A stretch of DNA of 55,189 nt from a virus (taxonomy: Duplodnaviria; Caudoviricetes), in IMG/VR virus record IMGVR_UViG_3300048851_000215, positions 1-55,189 of that record; one strand, written 5' to 3'. Of the stretch, positions 28,413 through 37,166 are shown piece by piece; the first letter of the stretch is position 1, and each line of letters starts with the position of its first letter. Under the pieces are notes generated by a model. That model was not told where the DNA came from, searched no databases, and was given only the letters and a program-made list of their open reading frames with translations. A program made the translations under genes and the position numbers.

Positions 28413-28768
28413 GCGACCAGCACCCCGCATCAGTTCGGATCGGCACTGTTCCGTACCGGGTCACCAGCAACCCGGACGAGTTCATGCGCATCGAAAACGA
28501 GACGCAGAACTCCGGCGCGTACGGGCACACCCGGCACCGGGAAGCGACGATCTACCTCAACCCGGTGCAGACCATCGAGGTCGAGCGGATGACGCTTCTG
28601 CACGAGGTGATGCACGCACTGTGCGAGACAGCGATGGGGTCGCCCAGCTGGCTCGACCTCGGAGAGAACGCGAGCGAGCGCGAGGAACGCATCATCCGGA
28701 TGTACGAAGCGCCGCTCATGGATGTCTTCGCCAACAACCCCGACCTCGTCGCCTACCTCTTCGGGTGA
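28409..28768 (+). CDS. HExxH metallopeptidase-like protein
   Basis: TLLHEVMHA, EE.II, NPDLVAYL. Confidence 0.7.
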   Translation: MSDQHPASVRIGTVPYRVTSNPDEFMRIENETQNSGAYGHTRHREATIYLNPVQTIEVERMTLLHEVMHALCETAMGSPSWLDLGENASEREERIIRMYEAPLMDVFANNPDLVAYLFG

Positions 28769-28889
28769 CCCCACAACGTGTCGGGTGGTGCGTCAACGTC
28801 TGAGAAGGACGCCCAACATCGTGGTTCTGTGACTCCTGCCACGAGGCGCACCTGCGCACCGCCCACACACCCCCTCCGGAGGTCGCCCC

Positions 28890-30092
28890 GTGGTCCTCTA
28901 CGTCGCCGACACTCAGATCAGCGCCGACGACCTCATCGACGACCTCGGCCGCGTCCTCGCTGAGCGTTATCAGGGCGCCGAAGATGAGCTGATCCGAGAG
29001 ATCGCACAGCGCGCCTACCGGGATCTGAACCTGCAGGAGGCGCTCCGCGTCGCTCAGGAAGCCGACCGGGCCGGGCTCCGCTACGCCATCAACCGAAACC
29101 GGCAGCTCGCCGAGCTTGCCGGCCACCGCGCCCAGACGCTCCGCGATCTTCACGCGAAGGCGCTGCAGGTTGTCGGCCGCGTCCGCGACGAGAACCTCGC
29201 CCAGGAGATCATCGACACCGCATCTGAGCGTGGAGAGGCTGAGGCCGCCGCCCGCCTGGGCATGGCGAAGAAGCTGCCCCGCACCACCACCCTCACCGGC
29301 AGCGCGAACCAAGCCGTCGCCGAGGTCGCGCTGTCGCTGCAGTCCCGCCTCGAGGATCTGCACCTGCGCATAACCCGCTTCCCGACCGACGCCTACCAGC
29401 GAATCGTGTCGATGACCTCCCCGAACGTGATCCTCGGCGCGACGACGCAGACCCTCGCTCAGCGCGAGACCGTGCAGCGGTTCCTCGCCGAGGGCATCAC
29501 CGGCTTCCAGGACGAGAGCGGCCGCAACTGGCGCATCGGCTCGTACGCGGAGATGGCCGGCCGCACCTCAGTGGCGCGCGCGTTCAACGACGCCGGCATG
29601 TGGCGGATGCAGCAGACCGGGTTGAACCTCGTGACCCCGGTCGGTTCGCTGTCGTCCTGCGCACGTTGCGCCCCATGGGTGGGGAAGACGCTCTCCACGG
29701 ACGGAACGACCGGCACCGTGGTGCTGCCCCACTCCTCGCAGGAGGGCAGCGTCACGATCCGCATCGACGGCACTGTCGATCAGGCGCGCGCGGCCGGGCT
29801 CGGCCACCCGAACTGCACACACAAGTTTGTAGCTGTCATCCCCGGCTTCAAGAATCCGCAGGCCGGGTTCAAGTACGACGAGTCCGCCGAGAAGGCGCGC
29901 GAGCGGCAGCGAGCAATCGAGGTCGAGATCCGGGCCGCGAAACGCGACCTGTCCGTCGCGGCCACGCCGGCCGCCGAGCGCGAGGCCCGCCAGGACATCA
30001 AGGCCGCACAGGCGAAACTCCGCGAGCACCTTGCCGCGACAGGCCGGAAGCGGAACTCGAAGCGCGAACAGCTCGCCTTCGCAGACGGCTAG
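28890..30092 (+). CDS. Minor capsid/head morphogenesis protein
   Basis: GITGFQDESGRNW..SYAEM..RT, C..C.PW.GK, GLGHPNCTH, RQR.IE. Confidence 0.85.
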   Translation: MVLYVADTQISADDLIDDLGRVLAERYQGAEDELIREIAQRAYRDLNLQEALRVAQEADRAGLRYAINRNRQLAELAGHRAQTLRDLHAKALQVVGRVRDENLAQEIIDTASERGEAEAAARLGMAKKLPRTTTLTGSANQAVAEVALSLQSRLEDLHLRITRFPTDAYQRIVSMTSPNVILGATTQTLAQRETVQRFLAEGITGFQDESGRNWRIGSYAEMAGRTSVARAFNDAGMWRMQQTGLNLVTPVGSLSSCARCAPWVGKTLSTDGTTGTVVLPHSSQEGSVTIRIDGTVDQARAAGLGHPNCTHKFVAVIPGFKNPQAGFKYDESAEKARERQRAIEVEIRAAKRDLSVAATPAAEREARQDIKAAQAKLREHLAATGRKRNSKREQLAFADG

Positions 30093-30094
30093 GG

Positions 30095-30592
30095 CTAGCG
30101 CCTAGAGGAAGCTCGCCGCAGGCTGCGACCTCCGGTGATGTATCCCCCAAGGGTAACGAGGAACGCGACTACGAGCCCGATACCACCACCGATCACAAGA
30201 CTCCAGGCGCCTAAGCCTTCTGGCGGAGAGGTCGGCTCGGCGGGGCTCGGCGGAACAGTGGCCGCCACGAAGATGATCGCCGCTATTGCGCAGAGCACGG
30301 CAACGACGGCGACTGTCCAGAGCGCTGTCCGCCGCCAACGCCTGGTGACTTGACGGCTCAGGCGACTCGCCACATCGTCTCGCGCCGCAATGAGGCCGGG
30401 AAGCGTGGCGGAAGCAGACGTCTCGGCTTGCATGCTACCGATCGCTTCGTTCAGCGAGTTCAGCAGCCTGGCATTGCGTGGTTCGGCCCTCCCGCTGGCG
30501 ACGGCCGCGACGACTGAGGCAACTGCTGCGATGAGCGCGACCGCCACGGGCAGCCACACATTCGGATCGATCGTTAGTGGCTCTTCCCCCAT
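30095..30592 (-). CDS. Three-TM membrane protein (moron)
   Basis: Three hydrophobic segments; fills gap antisense within head operon. Confidence 0.65.
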   Translation of the reverse strand: MGEEPLTIDPNVWLPVAVALIAAVASVVAAVASGRAEPRNARLLNSLNEAIGSMQAETSASATLPGLIAARDDVASRLSRQVTRRWRRTALWTVAVVAVLCAIAAIIFVAATVPPSPAEPTSPPEGLGAWSLVIGGGIGLVVAFLVTLGGYITGGRSLRRASSRR

Positions 30593-30603
30593 TCCCCAAG
30601 ACT

Positions 30604-30641
30604 CTCACGCCGCGCGGGCCCTGTGAACCTCGCGGCGTGAG
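30604..30641. other. Hairpin between moron and scaffold gene
   Basis: CTCACGCCGCG...CGCGGCGTGAG. Confidence 0.5.
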
Positions 30642-30703
30642 GCCCTACGTCCACCACAGGGGTGGATGCACCGACAGCGGCCAGGCGCCGCGAAGGAGAA
30701 ACC

Positions 30704-31480
30704 GTGTCCACCACAAACAGCACCACCGAGTGCACCTACGGCCCCCCGGCCCGCTCCAAGCTCGACCTCATGGGCGTGCGCTTCTTCGCGCCCGAGGCCC
30801 CGCCGAACGATGGCGGCGACCCGCCCACCGATCCCCCGGCCGATCCGCCGCCCGGCAACGAGCCACCGAAGCCCGGGCCCCCGCCCGGCAAGCCGGAGGG
30901 TGAGGACGAGGACGCGCTCCCCGAGTGGGCGAAGAAGTCGCTGAAGAAGGCCCGCGAGGAAGCTGCCGCACTGCGCGTCGAGAACCGCGACAAGGTGCAG
31001 AAGCAGATCGACGAGGCTCTCGCGAACGGGCAGAAGGCGTGGGCGACTGAGCTCGCGAAGAAGCTCGGTGTCCTCGAAGGCGAAGGTGAGAAGACGCCCG
31101 AGGAGATCATCGCCGAGCTCCAGGCGGAGCGCGACACCCTCGCCTCGGAGCGAGACACGCTCGCGGCCGAACGTCGCGCCACTAAGGAGCGGAACGCCAT
31201 CGAAGGCGCCGCCAAGGCCAACGGGGGCGACACCGCCCTCGTCCGCGCAGTCCTCCTCTCGGAGGGCGCGCTCAAGGACATCGACCCCGCCGCTGACGAC
31301 TACGCCGCCCAGGTGGCAGCGATCGTCAAGGCCGAGATCGAGAAGAACCCCAAACTGCGCGAAGTCCAGGTGGCCGGGCGCAGCGGCGGGGATGCACCCC
31401 CAGCGGGAAGCCCGAACCCGGGCGGACCCAAGTCCATCGACGAGCTCATCGCAGATCGTCGAAAGCGCCGCGGCCAGTAG
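30704..31480 (+). CDS. Capsid scaffolding protein
   Basis: AAGGAG RBS; Pro-rich N-terminus, LPEWA..., coiled coil; precedes capsid. Confidence 0.85.
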   Translation: MSTTNSTTECTYGPPARSKLDLMGVRFFAPEAPPNDGGDPPTDPPADPPPGNEPPKPGPPPGKPEGEDEDALPEWAKKSLKKAREEAAALRVENRDKVQKQIDEALANGQKAWATELAKKLGVLEGEGEKTPEEIIAELQAERDTLASERDTLAAERRATKERNAIEGAAKANGGDTALVRAVLLSEGALKDIDPAADDYAAQVAAIVKAEIEKNPKLREVQVAGRSGGDAPPAGSPNPGGPKSIDELIADRRKRRGQ

Positions 31481-31501
31481 CCCGGCAGAGAGGCCACCCT
31501 C

Positions 31502-32440
31502 ATGGTCAACACCTTCCTCACGGCGTCCGCCATCGCCGACCAGGCGATGGCGACGCTGTACGAGTCGACCTTCCTCGGCGAGCTCGTCCACACCGACTAC
31601 GGTGCGGAGCTCGCGACGAAGAAGCTCGGCGACACCATCAACATCCGCAAGCCCGCCACGTTCACCGCGCAGCTCTTCAACCGCGCGAACGGCATCCAGC
31701 TGCAGGATGCGACGGAGGACTCGATCCCCGTCAAGCTCGACAAGATCCCGGACGTCTCGTTCGCCGTCACCGACGAGGACATGACCCTCAAGATCGACGA
31801 CTTCGACGAGCGCCTTCTCACCCCCGCGTGTGAGGCGATCGTCCAGTACGTCGACCTCGCGATCCTCGCGCTCCGCTCCGGCATCACCCAGGTCGCGGGC
31901 ACCCACACGAACGCCGACACCCTCGGCCAGACCTGGGACAAGCCCGAGGTGCTGATCGAGGCCAAGCGGCAGCTCGACGTCAACAAGGTCCCGCTGCGCG
32001 ACCGCTACGCAGTCGTCGGCCCCACCATGGCGTCGCGGTGGCTGAACACCGAGCTGCTGAAGCACGCCGACAAGTCGGGGTCAACCGAGGCGCTCCGTGA
32101 GGGGTCCATCGGCAAGAACCTCTTCGGGTTCGACACCTTCCAGACCGGCAACGTCGGCCAGCCGGCGTCCGCCCCGGCCATCGGCGCGCCCACGACCGAG
32201 ATCGGGGTCGCGTTCCACAAGAGCGCCCTCGCCCTCGCGTCGGCGCCGCTCGAGCTGCCCCCGGCAGGTTCGGGTGTGGACGCGGCCGTCCGCAACTTCA
32301 AGGGTCTGTCGCTGCGCGTCCTGCGTGGCTACGACCAGAAGTACAAGCAGCAGGTGGTGTCGGTCGACTTCCTCTTCGGAGTGAAGCTCCTCGACCCGCT
32401 GCGCGCGGTGCTCCTCAAGGGCCCGAACCGGGTCAGCTGA
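31502..32440 (+). CDS. Major capsid protein (P22 coat-like family)
   Basis: GDTINIRKP, LREGSIG..FGFD, AFHKSA; synteny. Confidence 0.9.
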   Translation: MVNTFLTASAIADQAMATLYESTFLGELVHTDYGAELATKKLGDTINIRKPATFTAQLFNRANGIQLQDATEDSIPVKLDKIPDVSFAVTDEDMTLKIDDFDERLLTPACEAIVQYVDLAILALRSGITQVAGTHTNADTLGQTWDKPEVLIEAKRQLDVNKVPLRDRYAVVGPTMASRWLNTELLKHADKSGSTEALREGSIGKNLFGFDTFQTGNVGQPASAPAIGAPTTEIGVAFHKSALALASAPLELPPAGSGVDAAVRNFKGLSLRVLRGYDQKYKQQVVSVDFLFGVKLLDPLRAVLLKGPNRVS

Positions 32441-33072
32441 TGACGGCACGGTTCACGTACACCTCCACGGAGGACGGCCAGGTGATCGAGTCCGATGAGC
32501 GACTCGATCACCTCGACGGCCTGGCACGGTGGATCGTCGAAGACGCTGAGACGGAGGCCCCCGAGGCCCCCGTCTTCACCGGCGACTCGATGATCCAGCT
32601 GCCCAGCCCGATCCCTGTCGCAGGCCCGGTCAACCTCGACCCGATCACCGGCGGCAACCCGCCGCTCGTGTCGGCCGGCGCCGGCTTCTCCGCACCCTCC
32701 GAGATCATCTCTCAGGAGGAGGCGGCCCGCCGTCAGGCCGAGGCGCTCGAGGCGGGTGCCCCGAAGCCGGAAGGCGACGGCGGCACCCCTGAGGCGGAGA
32801 CCGAGATCCCGGACGGCGAGCCCACTGACAAGTGGTCCGCCGCCGCGGTCAAGGCGTTCGCCAACCGCGAGCGGATCGACCTGGGGGACGCCAAGAACAA
32901 GGGCGAGTACCTCGAGGTCATCGAGAAGGCGGGCATCGCGCCCGCCGGCGACCCGGCCGCCGACTGGACGATCCTGCAGCTGAAGGCCTACGCCCGACGC
33001 GAAGAGATCGACCTCGACGGCGCCGAGCTCCACGACGACGTCTTCGAGAAGGTCGCCACCCCCAAGCAGTAG
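32440..33072 (+). CDS. Head-module protein with two short helical (HeH/Rho-N-like) repeats
   Basis: WSAAAVKAFA..ERIDL and WTILQLKAYA..EEIDL. Confidence 0.6.
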   Translation: MTARFTYTSTEDGQVIESDERLDHLDGLARWIVEDAETEAPEAPVFTGDSMIQLPSPIPVAGPVNLDPITGGNPPLVSAGAGFSAPSEIISQEEAARRQAEALEAGAPKPEGDGGTPEAETEIPDGEPTDKWSAAAVKAFANRERIDLGDAKNKGEYLEVIEKAGIAPAGDPAADWTILQLKAYARREEIDLDGAELHDDVFEKVATPKQ

Positions 33073-33084
33073 CCCTGCACCCTC

Positions 33085-33125
33085 GCCGTCCGGGCGCGCG
33101 CTTCACCGGAGCCCGCCCGGACGGC
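33085..33125 (+). other. 12-bp hairpin just upstream of tRNA
   Basis: GCCGTCCGGGCG...CGCCCGGACGGC. Confidence 0.55.
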
Positions 33126-33133
33126 ACCCACCT

Positions 33134-33205
33134 TGCCCGCTGGTGCAACCGGCAGCACGCCCGATTCTGGATCAGGCGATCGGGGTTCGAATCCTCGGTG
33201 GGCAG
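33134..33205 (+). tRNA. tRNA-Gln (anticodon CTG)
   Basis: Acceptor TGCCCGC/GTGGGCA, D stem GTGC/GCAC, loop TT-CTG-GA, T arm CGGGG-TTCGAAT-CCTCG, discriminator G; CCA not encoded. Confidence 0.9.
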
Positions 33206-33231
33206 CAAACCTAACGCACGGAGGTTCACCC

Positions 33232-33882
33232 ATGGCACGCATCACCCATCCCAACCCGCAGCTCGGCCGCACACGGCCCGGCGTCGGCGGCGTCGTCTTC
33301 CGGGACGGCGTCGCGGAGGTCGACCTCACCGACAAGCCGATCCTCCACGACTTCTACGTCAAGCACGGGTACGGCATCGACTACGACATCGACGAGCTCG
33401 CAGCCAACGTCAACGTGAACATTCCGCTGTCGGCGCTCACGATTAAGGAACTGCTGAAGGTCGCCTCGGACAACGCGGTCGACGTGCCGGCCGAGGTCGC
33501 GCGCGGCCGGAAGGCTCAGCTGCTCGAACACATCGAGGGCGTGCTCGCCCACCGCAAGCTCGTCACAGAGGGCTCCGCAATCGGGGAGCTCGACGGCGTC
33601 GACGCCGACGAACTTCAGGAGTTCGCCGTGGTCGTCGCTGAGCAGGCGGAGGGCGAGGCCCCTAAGTCGATCGAGATCCAGATCGACCGGTCGACGTACA
33701 CGCTTCCGCCCGAAGCGCCGGTGAGCCCGACGGAGCTGCTGAAGCTCGCCGGCCGCGAGGACGGCTACGAGCTGTGGCTGTCCACCGCTGGCGGCCGAGA
33801 CATCAAGCTCGACGACACCCCGATCCTCATCGACGACGGGACCGTGTTCTTCACGGCACCACAGCACATCAACGGGAGCTGA
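33232..33882 (+). CDS. Head-module protein with helical repeat and C-terminal Multi_ubiq-like domain
   Basis: GGAGG RBS; GGVVFRDGVAEV, LTIKELLKVA, then IEIQID...ELLKLAG...YELW...FFTAPQHINGS. Confidence 0.65.
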   Translation: MARITHPNPQLGRTRPGVGGVVFRDGVAEVDLTDKPILHDFYVKHGYGIDYDIDELAANVNVNIPLSALTIKELLKVASDNAVDVPAEVARGRKAQLLEHIEGVLAHRKLVTEGSAIGELDGVDADELQEFAVVVAEQAEGEAPKSIEIQIDRSTYTLPPEAPVSPTELLKLAGREDGYELWLSTAGGRDIKLDDTPILIDDGTVFFTAPQHINGS

Positions 33883-33885
33883 CTC

Positions 33886-34308
33886 ATGGCCATGCGCGTG
33901 TACGCCACCGCGACGAGGTACGGGAGGCTAGCCGAGGACGCGTTCGAAGATGCCGGCGACGACAACGCGCGCCTGAACAAGCGGCTCCGCTCAGCTTCGA
34001 TCGAGGTCGAGAAGATGGTGCGGATGGCCAGGTACTCCGTGGACGAGGACGGCTACCCCACCGACGCGAACATCGCAGAAGGCTTCGAAGAAGCCACCTG
34101 CGCGATCGTCGAGTATTGGGAAGAGACCGGCGACCACACTGGTGCCGACGCGCATGCCGGCGCGGTCAGGATCGGCTCTGTGTCCCTCGGCACCACTTCG
34201 AGCGGCGCGGACAGTGACACCGCCCGCGACAAGCTCATCAAGCGCATCGGGGAGAAGGCCGTCACGATCATCGACAACCTCGGTCTCTCCTCGGGACCGG
34301 GGTACTGA
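33886..34308 (+). CDS. Head-tail adaptor
   Basis: Synteny; YAT, EATCAIVEYW, IGSVSL. Confidence 0.7.
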   Translation: MAMRVYATATRYGRLAEDAFEDAGDDNARLNKRLRSASIEVEKMVRMARYSVDEDGYPTDANIAEGFEEATCAIVEYWEETGDHTGADAHAGAVRIGSVSLGTTSSGADSDTARDKLIKRIGEKAVTIIDNLGLSSGPGY

Positions 34309-34655
34309 TGGCACGGAAGCTCAAGGCCAAGCACCTGCGCCACCGCGTCACCATCACACCGCTCGCGGGCGAAGGCGCCGACGGTGAGACCTGGGGCGAA
34401 CCGCGCACCAACCGGCCCGCATACGTCGAGCAGAAGACTCGCCTCGTGGTCGACCGCCGCTCGACGTCGCCCACCTTCGGCACTGAAGTCACATCAACGA
34501 CGTTCGTCGTGCTGCTCCTCGAAGACGACACCATGCCCCGGTCGCTGGTGAAGGTGTGGGCGGGCACTCCGCGCGAGCGCTCAAGCGAGGTCATTGACTC
34601 GGCCTACTTCGACTACGAGGGCACCCCAAGCCACGTCGAGCTGTTCTTGGAGTAG
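34308..34655 (+). CDS. Head closure/stopper protein
   Basis: Synteny; LRHRVTI beta-rich. Confidence 0.65.
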   Translation: MARKLKAKHLRHRVTITPLAGEGADGETWGEPRTNRPAYVEQKTRLVVDRRSTSPTFGTEVTSTTFVVLLLEDDTMPRSLVKVWAGTPRERSSEVIDSAYFDYEGTPSHVELFLE

Positions 34656-34664
34656 GAGGCCACC

Positions 34665-35057
34665 ATGGGTTACCGAGGTCGCGCCCAGCACACTGTCTCC
34701 ATCGGGGAGGTCACCGACGGCATCCTGATGCGGCTCGTCGACGGACAGAACAAGGCTGCCGAGTTCTTGCTCGCCAAGGCGTCCGCTGAGGCCCCGATGG
34801 ACGACGAGGGGACGCTCGTAGCGTCCGGACACGTCGACCCAGCCACGGATGTGGATGACGCCGCAGAGGTCGTCTTCGACACCCCCTACGCGGCGCGCTG
34901 GCACGAAGATCAGCCCCTCGTCGACTCCCTCGGCCGCAAGTACAACGGCGACTCGAACTTCCAGAACGGCCGCAAGTCGCACTACCTCTCCGACCCTGCA
35001 CAGCAGAACAGGGACGAGATCGTGGGCATCATCCGGAGGGCGGGAAACGGTGGCTGA
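34665..35057 (+). CDS. Neck/tail completion protein (HK97 gp10-like)
   Basis: AP.D.GTL..SG, FDTPYAARWHE. Confidence 0.7.
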   Translation: MGYRGRAQHTVSIGEVTDGILMRLVDGQNKAAEFLLAKASAEAPMDDEGTLVASGHVDPATDVDDAAEVVFDTPYAARWHEDQPLVDSLGRKYNGDSNFQNGRKSHYLSDPAQQNRDEIVGIIRRAGNGG

Positions 35058-35493
35058 CTCCTACCCGGTGGTCCTGAAGAAGGCGCTTGCCGCTGATCTC
35101 GCGGAGCGCGGGTTCGGCGTCTACAAGCCGGAGGGTGCGTACACCAAGGCCGATACCGCCGAGCTGGCTGGCATTCGCACGAACGGGCCCGACATGCCCA
35201 CCACGTTCGACCGCGCGCTCGTGCTCACCACTCTGCTGCCCTTCGAGGACGGCAACCGCGCCAACCGGGTCACACCGGTGCAGCTCACCGACCGCCTCCC
35301 TGGTGGGCGCACCGACGCCGAGAACCGCTTCGAAGCGCTCCGCGACGCCTACCACGGACGCCGGCAGGTCACTCTCGGCCCGCTCACCTTCCGCGAGATC
35401 CGGCTTGCCCGCGCGCTCATCGTGAGCGCCGACACCCAAGGTCGCGTCGGTTCGTTCATCACCTTCGACTTCTACGGCCGCCAGGTCGTCTGA
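35050..35493 (+). CDS. Tail terminator-like protein
   Basis: Synteny before major tail gene. Confidence 0.6.
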   Translation: MADSYPVVLKKALAADLAERGFGVYKPEGAYTKADTAELAGIRTNGPDMPTTFDRALVLTTLLPFEDGNRANRVTPVQLTDRLPGGRTDAENRFEALRDAYHGRRQVTLGPLTFREIRLARALIVSADTQGRVGSFITFDFYGRQVV

Positions 35494-35557
35494 GACTCCC
35501 GAACCCGGGATACCAAGCCGCCCAGGCGGCGCCAACCATCACCGAAATGAGGACAAG

Positions 35558-36310
35558 ATGACGGACCCCACCATCATCGATTCGATGGTCGCCACGGACG
35601 GCACCCTCGGTAACGCGTATGAGCGCATCCTGCGCATGAAGCGCAACGGCGTGTTCGAGACCATCCTCGGCGACGCGAACAACTTCAACCCCGTGCCGAC
35701 CCCGATCACGCAGCAGCGCGAGGTGTACGGCAACAAGGGCCGCCCGGCCGTCGAGAAGATCGGTGACTCCTGGGTCATCACCTTCAACGTCGAGCTCGTG
35801 CGCAACCCGATCACGAAGGCCGTCGCCGCGGCCCAGGCGTGGCTCGTCGAGCTGGTGAACATCGCGAACCGCACGGGCGGCCAGAACAAGACCGACTTCC
35901 AGTGGTTCGACGCCTACGACCCGGCGCTGCCGGCCCACGAAGGCACCTTCAACGTCGCCGTCGTCGACCAGTTCAACGCCTACAACGAGAAGGCCGGCTA
36001 CACCGTCACCCTCACCTCGGACGGCGTCGTCGATGACATCGACTCCCCGATCGACAACGACGGCGCGCCGATCATCGAGTCGATCCCCACCCCGAACGGC
36101 AAGGGCGCTGGCGCGTCCATCGTCGTCAAGGGCTACCACCTGACGGCCATCACGGCCGCGACCATCGGCGGAGTCGCTGCCACCGAGATCGTGCCGGTCG
36201 ACCAGTTCACCGTCGTCCTCGAACTGCCGACCGGCACCGCCGGCGCACAGCCGGTGCGTCTCACGAACGCTGTCGGCATCAGTGAGCCGGTCAACTACAC
36301 GAGGAGCTGA
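35558..36310 (+). CDS. Major tail protein with C-terminal IPT/TIG Ig-like domain
   Basis: Synteny; PIIESI.P...G.GASIVVKG..L...TIGG. Confidence 0.8.
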   Translation: MTDPTIIDSMVATDGTLGNAYERILRMKRNGVFETILGDANNFNPVPTPITQQREVYGNKGRPAVEKIGDSWVITFNVELVRNPITKAVAAAQAWLVELVNIANRTGGQNKTDFQWFDAYDPALPAHEGTFNVAVVDQFNAYNEKAGYTVTLTSDGVVDDIDSPIDNDGAPIIESIPTPNGKGAGASIVVKGYHLTAITAATIGGVAATEIVPVDQFTVVLELPTGTAGAQPVRLTNAVGISEPVNYTRS

Positions 36311-36318
36311 CACGCATC

Positions 36319-36894
36319 ATGATCACCGCCGAGCAGCAGGGGCTCAATCTGGCGATCACCGTGGAGGGGATCGAAGCACCATTCGTGATTCGACCCCTCC
36401 CCGGGCGCATGGGCAAGGCCCTCACCGACATCTATCTGCGCACCATGGCGCGGGAGCTCCACCCCGAGAACATGGAAGACGTCTTCCGCATCGCTCTCGA
36501 CGGCGGCCGATGGGCTGACGACGAACGCACCAAGCTCGTCCCGCTCCCAGAAGCAGAGCAGCTCGTGTACAACCGCTGCGAGGACACCCTCTCTCAGGCA
36601 GCTGGCCAGGACGTGCTACACGCGGCGTTCTTCTGGCAGACCGTCCTCGGCATCGCCGGTGTCAACGCCTACGTCGAGGCAGGTGGAGGCTTCGCCGGAG
36701 GGGTAAAAACGCTCGGGTCTCTGGTCCAAACTTTGGGGATCTCACCACTGACGACATCTCCCAGTTCGGCGTTGGAGACCCTGATCCGGTCACAGGCGAG
36801 TACGTCGCCTACAACTTCCCCGACGGCTGGTTCGACGATCGAGAAGCTGCCCGCGAACAGGCGCTCCAGAAAGCCCAGCAAGAAGCGCCAGTAG
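36319..36894 (+). CDS. Tail assembly chaperone (gpG-like)
   Basis: Between tail tube and tape measure genes. Confidence 0.8.
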   Translation: MITAEQQGLNLAITVEGIEAPFVIRPLPGRMGKALTDIYLRTMARELHPENMEDVFRIALDGGRWADDERTKLVPLPEAEQLVYNRCEDTLSQAAGQDVLHAAFFWQTVLGIAGVNAYVEAGGGFAGGVKTLGSLVQTLGISPLTTSPSSALETLIRSQASTSPTTSPTAGSTIEKLPANRRSRKPSKKRQ

Positions 36895-37166
36895 GTCTCA
36901 CGGTTGCGCAGTTGTGGGCGGCAGTCATGCCGCAGCTGCGGCATGAGGTCGAGCTAGATCTGCTGCAGACGAACCTCATCCGGGATCTCGACTGGGCACT
37001 CGACCACCGCACGTGGCACTTCATCCGTTCCGCAATCGACCGGACGCTCAACGTCGAAGGCACTTGGCTGCGGAAAGAGGTGAGGGCACTTGAACACAGG
37101 TCGAATCGTCTACCAGATTCTGATGCAGGGCGCCGACCTGTTCCGACGGGACGCCGCCGAAGCTGA
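36702..37166 (+). CDS. Tail chaperone -1 frameshift extension (gpGT-like)
   Basis: G-GTA-AAA site at 36702-36708; -1 frame open to TGA 37166. Confidence 0.7.
   Translation, partial: GKNARVSGPNFGDLTTDDISQFGVGDPDPVTGEYVAYNFPDGWFDDREAAREQALQKAQQEAPVGLTVAQLWAAVMPQLRHEVELDLLQTNLIRDLDWALDHRTWHFIRSAIDRTLNVEGTWLRKEVRALEHRSNRLPDSDAGRRPVPTGRRRS

Noticed and set aside
30605-32065. 486-aa minus-strand ORF
   Set aside because: Shadow of scaffold and capsid genes
33134-33205. tRNA as integration site
   Set aside because: Mid-operon, far from integrase, no duplicated 3' fragment seen
33133-33231. N-terminal extension of ORF 33133-33882
   Set aside because: Overlaps the tRNA; ATG 33232 has a GGAGG RBS
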